Of a stretch of 64,000 nt of DNA, positions 53,285 through 63,075 are shown piece after piece. The position numbers were made by a program, and so were the translations under genes. How positions within the stretch are numbered: the first letter of the stretch is position 1; every line of letters begins with the position of its first letter. Below the pieces are notes generated by a model. The model had not been told where the DNA came from. It did not search any database and was given only the letters and a program-made list of their open reading frames with translations. This stretch comes from an uncultured Acidobacteriota bacterium (lineage in GTDB: Bacteria; Acidobacteriota; Terriglobia; UBA7540), in the NCBI GenBank assembly GCA_963804995.1, contig CAWDSK010000003.1, forward strand, positions 32,001-96,000. Reading direction: 5' to 3'.

Positions 53285-55000
53285 TTGTCGTTGGCGCGTC
53301 AGGAACAGTACGACCGGGTCCGCAGCCTCATCAATCTCGGCAAGAACCGCGGCTATGTCCTTTTTGACGAAGTGAACGACCTCCTGCCAAGCGAGACTCA
53401 CACCACGGCGGAGATCGAAAGCTTGTTCTCCGCTTTCGAGCGCGACAACATCCACGTCTACGAAGATGCTTCTGCAGCGAAGGCTGCGCACGAGGGGCAT
53501 GGGGTTGGTGAACCCGTGGATTTCGAAGCGCGGGAAGGTCCTGCTCACGATGAAGAGGGTGAGATCGATGAGACCGTACACCTGCTGGACAGGACCAGCG
53601 ACCCGGTGCGGGTATACCTCCGCGAAATGGGCAGCGTCCCGCTATTAAAGCGTGAAGGCGAGGTGGCCATCGCCAAACGCATGGAGCGCGGCCACCGTCT
53701 GGTGCTCAAAGCAATTTCCCGTTCTCCACTGGTGCTCAAAGAGCTCATCGAAGTTGGCACGCAACTGCGCAAAGGTACGCGTTCAATTCGCGAGATTGTC
53801 CAGTTTGATGAAGAGGAATTGACAGCAGAGAAAATCGCGCAAAAGACTCGCCTCACGCTGCGGGCCATCGATAAGATTGAGAAGCTCTATGCGGTAGGGC
53901 TAAGTCAGGCGGCACGGCTCAGTGGCATTCCGAAGTCGAGCCCCCGTGCCCACCTGCGGGCGCGTCACCGCCTGGCGCGGACGCGGGTTGAGATGTCGCG
54001 GCTGGCTCGCTCCATCAGGTTCCACCCCATCGAAAAGAAGCGGCTGATTGACAAGTTGCGACACACGGTGGAGCGGATTGATTCGTTGGGGCGTGAGTCC
54101 GCCCGGCTGGAGCGTCGTGCCGGCACCGCCCATGGTAAGGTTGCCGCCTCACGCAAGGATCTGCGTTCGCACCGTTCGCAGCTAAAACAGATCGAAGAAG
54201 CGAGTGGGGTCGGTCTTACCGCCCTGAAGCGTTCGCTGGTTCAGATCCGGCGCGGTGAGGCCGAAGCCGAACGAGCCAAGAAGGAACTGACCGAGGCCAA
54301 CCTTCGCCTGGTGGTGGCCATCGCCAAGAAATACGCAAATCGGGGCCTGGAGTTTCTGGACTTGATCCAGGAAGGCAATATTGGCCTGATGCGGGGAGCG
54401 GACAAGTTCGACTGGCGCCGCGGATACAAGTTCTCCACCTATGCCACCTGGTGGATTCGTCAGGCGGTCACGCGTGCCATTGCCGACAAGGCGCGTACGA
54501 TTCGCGTGCCTGTGCACATGTACGGGACCATCAATAAGCAGATTCGGACCAGCCGGCAGCTCGTGCAGGAGTTGGGCCGCGAACCCACCACCGAAGAGAT
54601 CGCCCAGCGCTTGGAAGTCGATGTCGAAAAGGTGACGAGCACCAAAAGGGTCGCACAACAACCCGTGTCTTTGGAGACACCCATTGGGAAGGATGGCGAG
54701 TCAGACCTGGGTGACTTGATCGAGGACAAGGCATTTATATCGCCGTCGGACGCGGCCATCCACCTCAACTTGAAGGAACAGATGGCCTCCATGCTGAAGA
54801 CTCTCACGGCGCGCGAGGAAGCAATTATCCGCATGCGGTTTGGCCTGGATGATGGCAGCGAATGCACGCTGGAGGAAGTCGGGCGGACCTTCGCCGTTAC
54901 GCGCGAGCGCATCCGTCAGATCGAAGCCTCCGTGTTGCGAAAACTCCGCCATCCCTCACGGTCGGGCCATTTCCGACTGTTCGTGCAAAGCTCTTTGTAA
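53285..55000 (+). CDS. RpoD-like sigma70 factor (probable paralogue, with region 1.1)
   Basis: [55 protein letters not shown]. Confidence 0.92.
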   Translation: MSLARQEQYDRVRSLINLGKNRGYVLFDEVNDLLPSETHTTAEIESLFSAFERDNIHVYEDASAAKAAHEGHGVGEPVDFEAREGPAHDEEGEIDETVHLLDRTSDPVRVYLREMGSVPLLKREGEVAIAKRMERGHRLVLKAISRSPLVLKELIEVGTQLRKGTRSIREIVQFDEEELTAEKIAQKTRLTLRAIDKIEKLYAVGLSQAARLSGIPKSSPRAHLRARHRLARTRVEMSRLARSIRFHPIEKKRLIDKLRHTVERIDSLGRESARLERRAGTAHGKVAASRKDLRSHRSQLKQIEEASGVGLTALKRSLVQIRRGEAEAERAKKELTEANLRLVVAIAKKYANRGLEFLDLIQEGNIGLMRGADKFDWRRGYKFSTYATWWIRQAVTRAIADKARTIRVPVHMYGTINKQIRTSRQLVQELGREPTTEEIAQRLEVDVEKVTSTKRVAQQPVSLETPIGKDGESDLGDLIEDKAFISPSDAAIHLNLKEQMASMLKTLTAREEAIIRMRFGLDDGSECTLEEVGRTFAVTRERIRQIEASVLRKLRHPSRSGHFRLFVQSSL

Positions 55001-55076
55001 GATAATCCTGTGGCCGGCTGCGGCAAGGTTCGAAACTGCTCGCCTCCGGCACTATGAGGTAATAGAGGAAAAGAAA

Positions 55077-55433
55077 ATGAAAAACCTTTTTGTTGGAAAC
55101 ATGAGCTTCCAAACAACGGAAGGCGATCTGACCGACCTGTTCAAAGCGTATGGGCAGGTCACACGTGTCCACATCGCGATGGATCGGGAGACCGGGCGCG
55201 CCCGCGGTTTTGCCTTCGTCGAAATGCCCAATGACGAAGAAGCGGCCAAGGCGATTGCTGGCCTTAACGGAAAAGAGCTGGGGGGCCGCGCGCTTAAGGT
55301 GAACGAAGCCCGTCCCAAGGCTGAACGGAGCGGGCCGCCACGCAGCAGTGGGGGTGGAGGCCGAAAAGGGGGCGGATTCTCCAACGAAGATTACCGCGAA
55401 GCCCCGCGCCAGCCGCGCGAACCTCGCTGGTAG
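55077..55433 (+). CDS. RRM RNA-binding protein with Gly/Arg tail
   Basis: LFVGNM (RNP2), RGFAFVEM (RNP1), VNEARP. Confidence 0.95.
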   Translation: MKNLFVGNMSFQTTEGDLTDLFKAYGQVTRVHIAMDRETGRARGFAFVEMPNDEEAAKAIAGLNGKELGGRALKVNEARPKAERSGPPRSSGGGGRKGGGFSNEDYREAPRQPREPRW

Positions 55434-55490
55434 TCACAAACGAAGCGGCGGGGAAATCGCCCGCTTACATTCGGATTCGAAGGAGGATCG

Positions 55491-55688
55491 ATGGCCACTA
55501 CGTTCCTGAAACGTCAGAAAGAAATGAAGAGATTGGAAAAGCAACGCGAGAAGGCGGCGCGCCGCGCCCAGAAGAAACTTACCAAGGGCATGCAACCGGA
55601 ACCTTCGTCCGATGACTTGACTGCCGCCGAAATGGACGCCTTGGGACTCATCCCGGCTGTACCCTCTGAGTCTGAGCCGCATAGCTAA
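55491..55688 (+). CDS. Small basic/acidic hypothetical protein
   Basis: AGGAGG RBS; TFLKRQKEMKRLEKQREKAARR. Confidence 0.7.
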   Translation: MATTFLKRQKEMKRLEKQREKAARRAQKKLTKGMQPEPSSDDLTAAEMDALGLIPAVPSESEPHS

Positions 55689-56010
55689 TCCCGGGGGCGG
55701 CTCTCTCTTCTCTCATTGCGGCGTCCAATCCACTCACGGCAGCGCTTTTCAACCTCGTGTCAGCACAGGGCCATAGACGTCGTTTCTTGCCGGTCCGACT
55801 TTCCTTTACATCGTCGCATGATAAGGTCCAGGCTACGCCCCGCCATGGCTCCGCGAGTGCCAAGGCTCAGGGGTGACATTCACGCTGGGCGCGGTCGCAC
55901 CGAGTAGGCCCCCGATCGTCGCGTCAACAACGCTGTAACTTGCCCCTGGCTCCCCTGTTCACAACCCTGCGCCAATCGGTGGTAGAGTATCCCGGAAGCC
56001 GGGGGGACTA

Positions 56011-57051
56011 GTGCCTGACGCCAAAGTGGATGTGGTCGGACTGGGGTTGAACGCCACCGACACGGTCCTGACAGTTAGCGAGTTCCCTGCCCTGGGAGGC
56101 AAAAAGCGCGTGGCGGGATCTTCGATGCAGGCCGGCGGGCAGGTAGCAACCGCGCTCGTCACCTGCCGGCGGCTGGGATTGCGGGCACGCTACATCGGCA
56201 AAGTCGGCGACGATCCAGCCGGGCGCTTTCAGCTTGCCAGCCTGCGAAGCGAGGGTTTGGACCTTGCTCATCTGCGGGTAGTGAACGGGGCTCCGAACCA
56301 GTTCGCTTTCATCGTAGTTGACCAGACGAGTGGCGAACGCACCATCTTTTGGGACCGCGACCCGAGGCTGGCCGTCCACCCCGAGGAATTGAGACCCGCC
56401 GCAATCACCCACGCGCGCGCCCTGCTGCTCGACGGCTGCGATGTGGAAACTTGCATCGTGGCGGCGCGTTGGGCTCGCCGGGCGCGCATTCCGGTGGTGG
56501 CAGACCTCGACACGGTCTACAAACAAGTCGAGAAGCTTTTCCCCTACATCGATTACCTGATCGCCTCGACGGATTTCCTTCCCGCGCTCACCGGCCACAC
56601 CGACCCCCGGAAGATGCTCGAATACATGGCCCGTGAGTACCGGGTGCCCGCACCCGGCATGACACTCGGCCGCAACGGAGCGCTCGTCTACCAGGCGGGC
56701 AACTTCCATTATTCGCCGGGCTTTGTCGTCAAAACCGTGGACACTACGGGCGCGGGTGACGTCTTCCGCGGAGCGTTCATCTATGGATTGCTGGCCGGTT
56801 GGGAAATCGCGCGTGTCCTGGATTTCTCAAACGCCATGGCCGCGCTGAATTGCACGGCGCTCGGAGCGCGGGGCGGCATCAAATCACAGGCGGAGGCCGA
56901 GCAACTAATGGCTACAGGCGCGCGGCGTGTGGACCCTGCGTATCAAAATGTGCCTGCGCGTGGCAGCCGACGGAAAGCCGCCACGTCCATTCCCGTCAAG
57001 TCACAGGGTCGATCTGGTGAACGACGGGGAGGAGAGAAACCTAACGCCTAA
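56011..57051 (+). CDS. PfkB-family sugar kinase
   Basis: GG...A, VGDD, GERTI, DTTGAGDVFRG. Confidence 0.92.
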   Translation: MPDAKVDVVGLGLNATDTVLTVSEFPALGGKKRVAGSSMQAGGQVATALVTCRRLGLRARYIGKVGDDPAGRFQLASLRSEGLDLAHLRVVNGAPNQFAFIVVDQTSGERTIFWDRDPRLAVHPEELRPAAITHARALLLDGCDVETCIVAARWARRARIPVVADLDTVYKQVEKLFPYIDYLIASTDFLPALTGHTDPRKMLEYMAREYRVPAPGMTLGRNGALVYQAGNFHYSPGFVVKTVDTTGAGDVFRGAFIYGLLAGWEIARVLDFSNAMAALNCTALGARGGIKSQAEAEQLMATGARRVDPAYQNVPARGSRRKAATSIPVKSQGRSGERRGGEKPNA

Positions 57052-57064
57052 CGGAGGCTTGACG

Positions 57065-57901
57065 ATGCCTGATCCGGAGAGCGGAAGCAACACCACGACT
57101 GACGCGACACCCGGAAACTTTGCGCTCATTACCGGCGCCTCGAGCGGCATGGGCACGTGCTTTGCCCGTGCCCTCGCAGCGCGTGGCAAGAACCTGGTTC
57201 TGGTGGCGCGGTCGCGGGATAAGCTGGAAGCGCTGGCGCGTGAAATCAGCGCCCAGCATGCCCTGCGCATTGAAGTCATCGGGCAAGACCTTAGTGAAGT
57301 GGGCACGGCTCACCGTCTGGCGGCAACCCTCAGGGAACGTGGCATTGGCGTCGACTTGCTAGTCAACAATGCAGGCTTTGGGGCGCATGGTAGGTTCTGG
57401 GAACTCGCGCTCGATCGCCAATCGGAAATGCTTCGCCTGAATGTTGTGGCGCTCACCGAGCTGACTCATTTGCTTCTGCCGCCCATGATTGCACAACGCC
57501 GCGGAGGGATCATCAACGTCTCCTCCACGGCCAGCTTCCAGCCGGTACCCTTTACAAGCCTTTATGCGGCCACAAAAGCCTTTGTTACCAGCTTCTCGAT
57601 GGCGCTTGCCGAAGAAGTGAGCGAATATGGTGTGAAAGTTGTAGCGCTTTGCCCAGGCGGCACCGCCACCAATTTCTTCGACAACAGCCAGTATAGCAAA
57701 CGCGATTTCCCGGGCGGGCTCCAGGCGCCGGAGGAGGTCGTAGCGGTCGGTTTGCGTGCCCTCGACCGGGGCCGCAGCCTCGCCATCCCGCGCCTCATCA
57801 ATCGGCTGATGGTCTTTTCACTGCGACTTGCGCCGCGTCGCCTGGTGGCACAGCAAGCGGGCGACATGTTCCGCCCCAAACGTTCCCAGCAAGGAAAGTG
57901 A
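57065..57901 (+). CDS. Short-chain dehydrogenase/reductase
   Basis: TGASSGMG, NNAGFG, YAATK. Confidence 0.93.
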   Translation: MPDPESGSNTTTDATPGNFALITGASSGMGTCFARALAARGKNLVLVARSRDKLEALAREISAQHALRIEVIGQDLSEVGTAHRLAATLRERGIGVDLLVNNAGFGAHGRFWELALDRQSEMLRLNVVALTELTHLLLPPMIAQRRGGIINVSSTASFQPVPFTSLYAATKAFVTSFSMALAEEVSEYGVKVVALCPGGTATNFFDNSQYSKRDFPGGLQAPEEVVAVGLRALDRGRSLAIPRLINRLMVFSLRLAPRRLVAQQAGDMFRPKRSQQGK

Positions 57902-58022
57902 AGGCTTCAGACACTTGCGGGATGTGGTAACTTAGCCGCAAGCCCCTCTTGGAAAATCACAGTGCCGCAGGCGCGCTGACACGTGGGCAGACTGCGGACG
58001 CGGACTCTGAGGGGAGGATCAA

Positions 58023-60029
58023 ATGCTCAAGCGTTTCCCTGGTCTTTTCTGCACGCTTCTGCTGGCCGTTGTTTCGAGCCCGGTCACCCTTTCCCCTGCC
58101 CAAGGGGAAACCCCGACGCCCACGACCGAACAGATTCTTTCCTACCACAGCGACATCACGGTCAACCCGGACTCAACGCTCCTGGTACACGAGACGATTT
58201 CGGTGTATGGCATGGGCGCGAAGATCAAGCACGGTATTTACCGCGACTTCCCCACCGCGTACCACGACCGCTTTGGCAACCCCTACCTCATCCATTTCGA
58301 AGTTGTGTCCGTGGAGCGGGACGGGCAGCCGGAGGACTACCACCTCGAGAAGATGTCGAATGGTCTGCGCGTGTACATAGGCAAGAGCCGAGAACTGGTT
58401 TCATCCGGCCAACACACCTATGACCTTACCTACTCGGTGAATCGGGAGCTCGGGTTCTTCTCTGACCACGACGAGCTTTACTGGAATGTGGCGGGCAACG
58501 GCTGGGTATTCACCATTCAGGAGGCTTCTGCCGAGGTCCATTTGCCAAAGGGGATCGCCAGCAAAGCCATTCTGCTGGACGCCTATACGGGGCCGCAGGG
58601 TTCGGCCGGGAACGATTTCGAAGCGTCTGCCGATGACCAAAGCAACGCCGATTTTCATACCACGCGCCCCTTGGGGCCGCATGAGGGGCTGACCATCGTG
58701 GTGCGCTGGCCCAAGGGGTTTGTGCACCCGCCCACGAGTGACCAGGAATTCCAGTACTTCCTTTCAGACAACCGACCCACGCTGCTGGGATTGATCGGGC
58801 TGATCGTGGCGCTCCTTTACTACACCGTCGCCTGGTTTCTGGTGGGGCGCGATCCTGAGGCGGGCGTGATCATGCCCAGGTACGAGCCACCCCACGGATT
58901 CTCACCCGGCGCGATTCGCTACGTGAACCGCATGGCCTTCGACCAGAAAGCGATGGTCGCCAACCTCATGGACCTGGCAGTAAAGAAACAACTGACCATC
59001 CAGGAGGATGCCTCCGGCGTCTATACCCTGACCCGCTTGAGTGCGGTCGCGCCGCCCGCCGTCAAGCCCGCCCGCTGGGGCGTCGGTTCCCAAAGCGAGA
59101 TAACGGCCGACGAGCAAGCCATCCTGGATAAGCTCTTCGCGACAAGCGGAACGATTCGCCTGGAACGGGCGAACCACGCACGGGTGGGCGGCGCCATCGA
59201 AGCGCTCCATGCTAAACTGCGGACCACCCTGGAGAAGGTTTACTTCGTGACGAACGGCCCCTACCTGATTCCTGGGCTGCTGATTTCTTTGGCCACCATC
59301 GTCTGGTGCGGATTCTCAATTCAGGGAGAGCGGAGATACCCCGCCATTTTTATGACGGTTTGGCTGCTGGGCTGGAGCGTGGGCTGCGCGGCGCTGGCCG
59401 CTGGGGTAATTGCCGCCTGGAGAAATGCCCTCACTGATCCTCACCACAAAGCTTCGGCATGGACACAGGCCGCGTTCATCAGTGCATTCTCCATTCCGTT
59501 CTTCATCGGCGAGATCGTCGGGCTGGGTGTGCTGGTATGGGCCGCTTCCCCCCTGGTGGCCTTGATCCTGATTGTTCTGGTTCTGATCAACTTCCTATTC
59601 CACCACCTCCTCAAGGCGCCGACCCACTCAGGCCGCGTGCTGCTGGACCAGATTGAGGGCTTCCGCATGTTCCTGGCCGCGGTGGAGAAGGACCGTAACA
59701 AGGCTTTGATCACACCCACACCGACGCCCGATTTGTTCGAGAAGTTCCTCCCGTACGCCATGGCGCTGAATGTGGAGAAAGTGTGGAGCGAGAAATTTGC
59801 GAACGTGCTGGCGCAGGCCTCGAAGGCCGGAGCCACTCCCTACACGCCCGGCTGGTACTCAGGACCGAACTGGGATCCCCTGAACACTTCGGCGTTCGCA
59901 ACGGCAATGGGCAGCTCGTTTTCGAGCGCCGTCGCGTCCTCAGCCACGGCACCCGGTTCAAGTTCAGGAGGCGGTGGAGGAGGCTCTTCAGGAGGTGGAG
60001 GCGGCGGAGGCGGGGGCGGCGGGTGGTAA
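58023..60029 (+). CDS. DUF2207-family membrane protein
   Basis: HGIYRD, DHDELYWN, FEKFLPYAMAL, terminal GGGGGGGW. Confidence 0.9.
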   Translation: MLKRFPGLFCTLLLAVVSSPVTLSPAQGETPTPTTEQILSYHSDITVNPDSTLLVHETISVYGMGAKIKHGIYRDFPTAYHDRFGNPYLIHFEVVSVERDGQPEDYHLEKMSNGLRVYIGKSRELVSSGQHTYDLTYSVNRELGFFSDHDELYWNVAGNGWVFTIQEASAEVHLPKGIASKAILLDAYTGPQGSAGNDFEASADDQSNADFHTTRPLGPHEGLTIVVRWPKGFVHPPTSDQEFQYFLSDNRPTLLGLIGLIVALLYYTVAWFLVGRDPEAGVIMPRYEPPHGFSPGAIRYVNRMAFDQKAMVANLMDLAVKKQLTIQEDASGVYTLTRLSAVAPPAVKPARWGVGSQSEITADEQAILDKLFATSGTIRLERANHARVGGAIEALHAKLRTTLEKVYFVTNGPYLIPGLLISLATIVWCGFSIQGERRYPAIFMTVWLLGWSVGCAALAAGVIAAWRNALTDPHHKASAWTQAAFISAFSIPFFIGEIVGLGVLVWAASPLVALILIVLVLINFLFHHLLKAPTHSGRVLLDQIEGFRMFLAAVEKDRNKALITPTPTPDLFEKFLPYAMALNVEKVWSEKFANVLAQASKAGATPYTPGWYSGPNWDPLNTSAFATAMGSSFSSAVASSATAPGSSSGGGGGGSSGGGGGGGGGGGW

Positions 60030-60054
60030 CACTATCGAAGGAAGAAGACCACGG

Positions 60055-60285
60055 TTATGAGGATGGAGGAAGGGGGTCGCCGTGATCGAGACAGGATTCA
60101 ACGATCCTTCGCGCCAGTCCCTGGGCAATCTCCACCGCTTCCGTGACGCTGCGCCCCTCAGCGACCAAGCCGGGCACATCGGGACTCGTTGCCACATACC
60201 CGCCTCCCTCGAGCGCTTCGATCCGCAACCGAATCGGAACTTCGTCCACCGGCGCGACCCTTTCCTGACGCTTTCCCTTTGGCAT
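60055..60285 (-). CDS. HicB-family antitoxin (no adjacent hicA seen)
   Basis: EGGGYVATSPDVPGLVAEGRSVTEA...GDPLP. Confidence 0.8.
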   Translation of the reverse strand: MPKGKRQERVAPVDEVPIRLRIEALEGGGYVATSPDVPGLVAEGRSVTEAVEIAQGLARRIVESCLDHGDPLPPSS

Positions 60286-60353
60286 GTCTTGGCTCCCCAG
60301 CGACGGTTCCAATTCTAACAGACGCATCGCGTGTGAGGTATTGTGACCTGGAG

Positions 60354-60430
60354 GCAGCCACGGCCAATTCGTCTTGGGAATTAACCGTGGGTTCGTCATC
60401 GAAGGAAACGCCCACGGCCACAAAAGCGCT
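60354..60430. repeat. REP-like doublet, copy 1 of 3
   Basis: CAATTCGTCTTGGGAATTAACCGTGGGTTCGTCATCGAA...CCCACGG. Confidence 0.8.
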
Positions 60431-60448
60431 GAGCGCGCGCAGACCCTC

Positions 60449-60477
60449 TTGACATGCGTTACGTAACGCATTACAGT
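60449..60477 (+). promoter_or_regulatory. higBA promoter with palindromic operator
   Basis: TTGACA-N17-TACAGT; the perfect 18-bp palindrome ATGCGTTACGTAACGCAT fills the spacer. Confidence 0.8.
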
Positions 60478-60483
60478 AGAGGA

Positions 60484-60762
60484 ATGATCCGGTCGATCCG
60501 CCACAAGGGGCTGAAACGCCTTCACGACGACGATGACCCGCGCGGCGTGATGAGCGAACACGTGGTGAAGTTACGTGACATTCTCGCACGGCTCGATGCA
60601 GCCGGTACGATTGCGGATATGGACGTGCTAGGATTCCGGTTGCATCCCCTGAAGGGCGAGTACAAGGGTTATTGGGCCGTGACGGTTCGCGCGAATTGGC
60701 GGGTGACTTTCCGCTTTGCCGACCGCGACGTGCTGGACGTTGATTATGTCGATTACCACTGA
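60484..60762 (+). CDS. higB: HigB (RelE/ParE-family) toxin
   Basis: MIRSIRHKGLK, LHPLKG, WAVTVRANWRVTFRF, DYH. Confidence 0.92.
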   Translation: MIRSIRHKGLKRLHDDDDPRGVMSEHVVKLRDILARLDAAGTIADMDVLGFRLHPLKGEYKGYWAVTVRANWRVTFRFADRDVLDVDYVDYH

Positions 60763-60777
60763 GAGGAGACTGAAACC

Positions 60778-61074
60778 ATGCCGATGAAGAATCCACCCCA
60801 CCCCGGCGGATTTGTGCTGCGCCAGTGTATTGAGCCTTTGGGCTTGACGATCACGACCGCGGCTGCCGCGCTCGGAGTCACGCGCACGACCCTGTCAGAG
60901 TTGGTGAACGAGAAGCGCGGGATTTCTCCGGAAATGGCCGTGAGGCTGTCGAAGGTTTTCGGAGGCAGTGCCGAAGTCTGGCTTACGCAGCAGGCGCACT
61001 ACGACCTTGCCCAGGTTCACGCCGACCGCATCAAGCTCAAGCGGCTGGAAGCGACTGTGGGTGTGTCATCATAG
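60778..61074 (+). CDS. higA: HigA antitoxin
   Basis: PPHPG, LGVTR..LS.LVNEK.GISPEMA.RL, W...Q..YDL. Confidence 0.93.
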   Translation: MPMKNPPHPGGFVLRQCIEPLGLTITTAAAALGVTRTTLSELVNEKRGISPEMAVRLSKVFGGSAEVWLTQQAHYDLAQVHADRIKLKRLEATVGVSS

Positions 61075-61255
61075 GAAAAGCCAACGGGCACTAAAGCTGG
61101 TAGCCGCGGTCAGCGCGTTCTTGACCGCGGGCTCTTCCTTGCAACAACGTAGACTTCTGTTGAGGATTGGGCGCAGCGAATCGGGGATGCACGCCTGAGA
61201 AAAGCCCCCGGGAAGAGCCGCAGAGCTTGAAAACCGGCTCTGCGCCAGCCCCGTC

Positions 61256-61352
61256 GTAGGGGGACGGCTCGCCGTCCCCTGGTTCCGCATTCACCCTGCG
61301 GAACGCCGGGTAGGGCAACCTGTCCCGACGAAGTCGGGAGCCCTACCCCTAC
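61256..61352. repeat. GTAG REP doublet with an extra internal mini-hairpin
   Basis: GTAGGGGACGGCTCGCCGTCCCC...GGGTAGGGCAAC[TCCCGACGAAGTCGGGA]GCCCTACCCCTAC. Confidence 0.75.
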
Positions 61353-61483
61353 ATCTCTCGATTGCCTTCACCCGTTCGAACGGCGCCTGAGGTTGGGCGC
61401 AATGGGTGAGAAGGGCCATTGCACTTCACTTGGTGACAGAAGGCCCCATATCCGGTATTGTGGAAGAAGAAGGAGCCGCAGCG

Positions 61484-61735
61484 ATGACTATCGAAATTCA
61501 GAGACCGGAACTCGAAGCCCTCATCCAAGAACGGATGAAAAGCGGCGTCTTCGGGAGCGTTGAAGACGTTCTTATGCAGGCGTTGAAATCAGCCCCGCCG
61601 GTAACGGAATTATCCGGCGAAGCCGCCACCCGCACCGGCGCCGACCTGGTAGCCGCCATGCAGGCCTCGCCTTATCGAGAAATCGATCTTGAACCCCCCA
61701 GCGCCCGCCTACCGGTTCGAGGTGTTACGTTCTGA
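61484..61735 (+). CDS. Putative antitoxin for the downstream VapC
   Basis: Small ORF whose stop overlaps the vapC start (TGATG); GGAG RBS. Confidence 0.7.
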   Translation: MTIEIQRPELEALIQERMKSGVFGSVEDVLMQALKSAPPVTELSGEAATRTGADLVAAMQASPYREIDLEPPSARLPVRGVTF

Positions 61736-62160
61736 TGGCATGGCTTCTCGATACCAACGTTCTGTCAGAACTGCGCCGCCCAAAGCCGGAACCGAGAGTT
61801 GTAGATTTTGTTGACAGGTGCCCACTTGCCCAACTTTACGTCAGCGCGGTAACCCTTGCCGAGATCCGCTTCGGCATCGAGCTTGTTGACGAACCAAACC
61901 ACCGCGCCGAGTTGAATGACTGGCTCACCCACAAGGTGCGTCCGATGTTCGACCAGCGGATTCTCCAGGTCACCGAAGACATCATGCTCAAATGGCGGCT
62001 TTTGGTCGAGGAAGGCCGAAAGACTGGCCATACTTTCTCCCAGCCAGACTTGATTATCGCCGCGACTGCCATTCATCACGGCCTTACCGTGGTTACGCGT
62101 GATCGAAGCGATTACGACAAGGCACGTGTGCCTGTCGTCAATCCGTGGGACACGCCGTAA
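61735..62160 (+). CDS. vapC: VapC PIN-domain toxin
   Basis: LLDTNVLSE, EI..G, DLIIAATA, VTRD..D, NPW. Confidence 0.93.
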   Translation: MAWLLDTNVLSELRRPKPEPRVVDFVDRCPLAQLYVSAVTLAEIRFGIELVDEPNHRAELNDWLTHKVRPMFDQRILQVTEDIMLKWRLLVEEGRKTGHTFSQPDLIIAATAIHHGLTVVTRDRSDYDKARVPVVNPWDTP

Positions 62161-62265
62161 CGTCCACCCGATTTCATTCCTGTCTATGGGCCGCAGAGAT
62201 TAAAGAGCGGCTCTGCGCCAGCCCGCCCCTTCGAACGGCGCGCGATGATGTGTGACGCGGAGGGG

Positions 62266-62351
62266 GCCGCGGCCAATTCGCCTTGGGAATTGACCGTGGG
62301 TTTGTCATCGAAGGGAGAGCCCACGGTAACGAGAGCAGTGACCGTGGCTAC
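62266..62351. repeat. REP-like doublet, copy 2 of 3
   Basis: CAATTCGCCTTGGGAATTGACCGTGGGTTTGTCATCGAA...CCCACGGT...GACCGTGGCTAC. Confidence 0.8.
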
Positions 62352-62533
62352 GTGCTAGCCGGCCCCGCTAGTTGACCTCTGGTATAAGTCTATATTCGTC
62401 AGAAATTGCCTTCCACCTCCCGAAGCCGATTTTTCCGAAAAACACTTCTTGAGTGAAAACCTGGACCAGCAGAGGGTCTATGTAGCCTGTCTCCTCCGGG
62501 ACTCCAAGAGCCAGAGCCGCTGTGCCATCGAAT

Positions 62534-62971
62534 TTAACGAGAAAGTCCCGGATTCGAGCTACCGAGCCATCGGTGCAGAAGCCTTACTGGAATGGCATAG
62601 ATTGGGTTTTCCCCTTCGTCCAGAGCTTTTTCGTAATACTTCCTGTACTCTTCAATCTCAAGTCGGGCGTACTTTAAATCCTCGGGCGATTCCCAGCACC
62701 CCAGGCATAGATCAAATAGCCTCTGTGCCTGATCGGCTGGAAAAACGTTCTTCAGGGCACCGAGTTCACTAGCCTCCAATGCCAGTAATAAATCAAAGAG
62801 AGCGCCCTCTTCATCGACAAACGAGAAAGACTCGTCGCGGATCAGTTGCTTGAAAATCCTCTTGATTTCTGGCCAGCGCCCATTAATGGCCTCAAGAACT
62901 GAGAATTGGAAGAATGCCGCTGCTTTATCCTCGGTGATGATCTTTTTGGCGGTTGCCATAGACAACTCCAT
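62534..62971 (-). CDS. Hypothetical protein (lower GC)
   Basis: 145-aa helical-looking ORF with GGAG RBS, bounded by repeats. Confidence 0.6.
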   Translation of the reverse strand: MELSMATAKKIITEDKAAAFFQFSVLEAINGRWPEIKRIFKQLIRDESFSFVDEEGALFDLLLALEASELGALKNVFPADQAQRLFDLCLGCWESPEDLKYARLEIEEYRKYYEKALDEGENPIYAIPVRLLHRWLGSSNPGLSR

Positions 62972-62994
62972 TGTTCTTACGAGGGGGATGCCCC

Positions 62995-63067
62995 TGTCAA
63001 TTCGTCTTTGGAATTCACCGTGGGTTCATGATCGAACCACGGTCACCAAAGCAGCGACCGAGACTAC
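62995..63067. repeat. REP-like doublet, copy 3 of 3
   Basis: CAATTCGTCTTTGGAATTCACCGTGGGTTCATGATCGAACCACGGT...GACCGAGACTAC. Confidence 0.75.
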
Positions 63068-63075
63068 GTTGTTGG

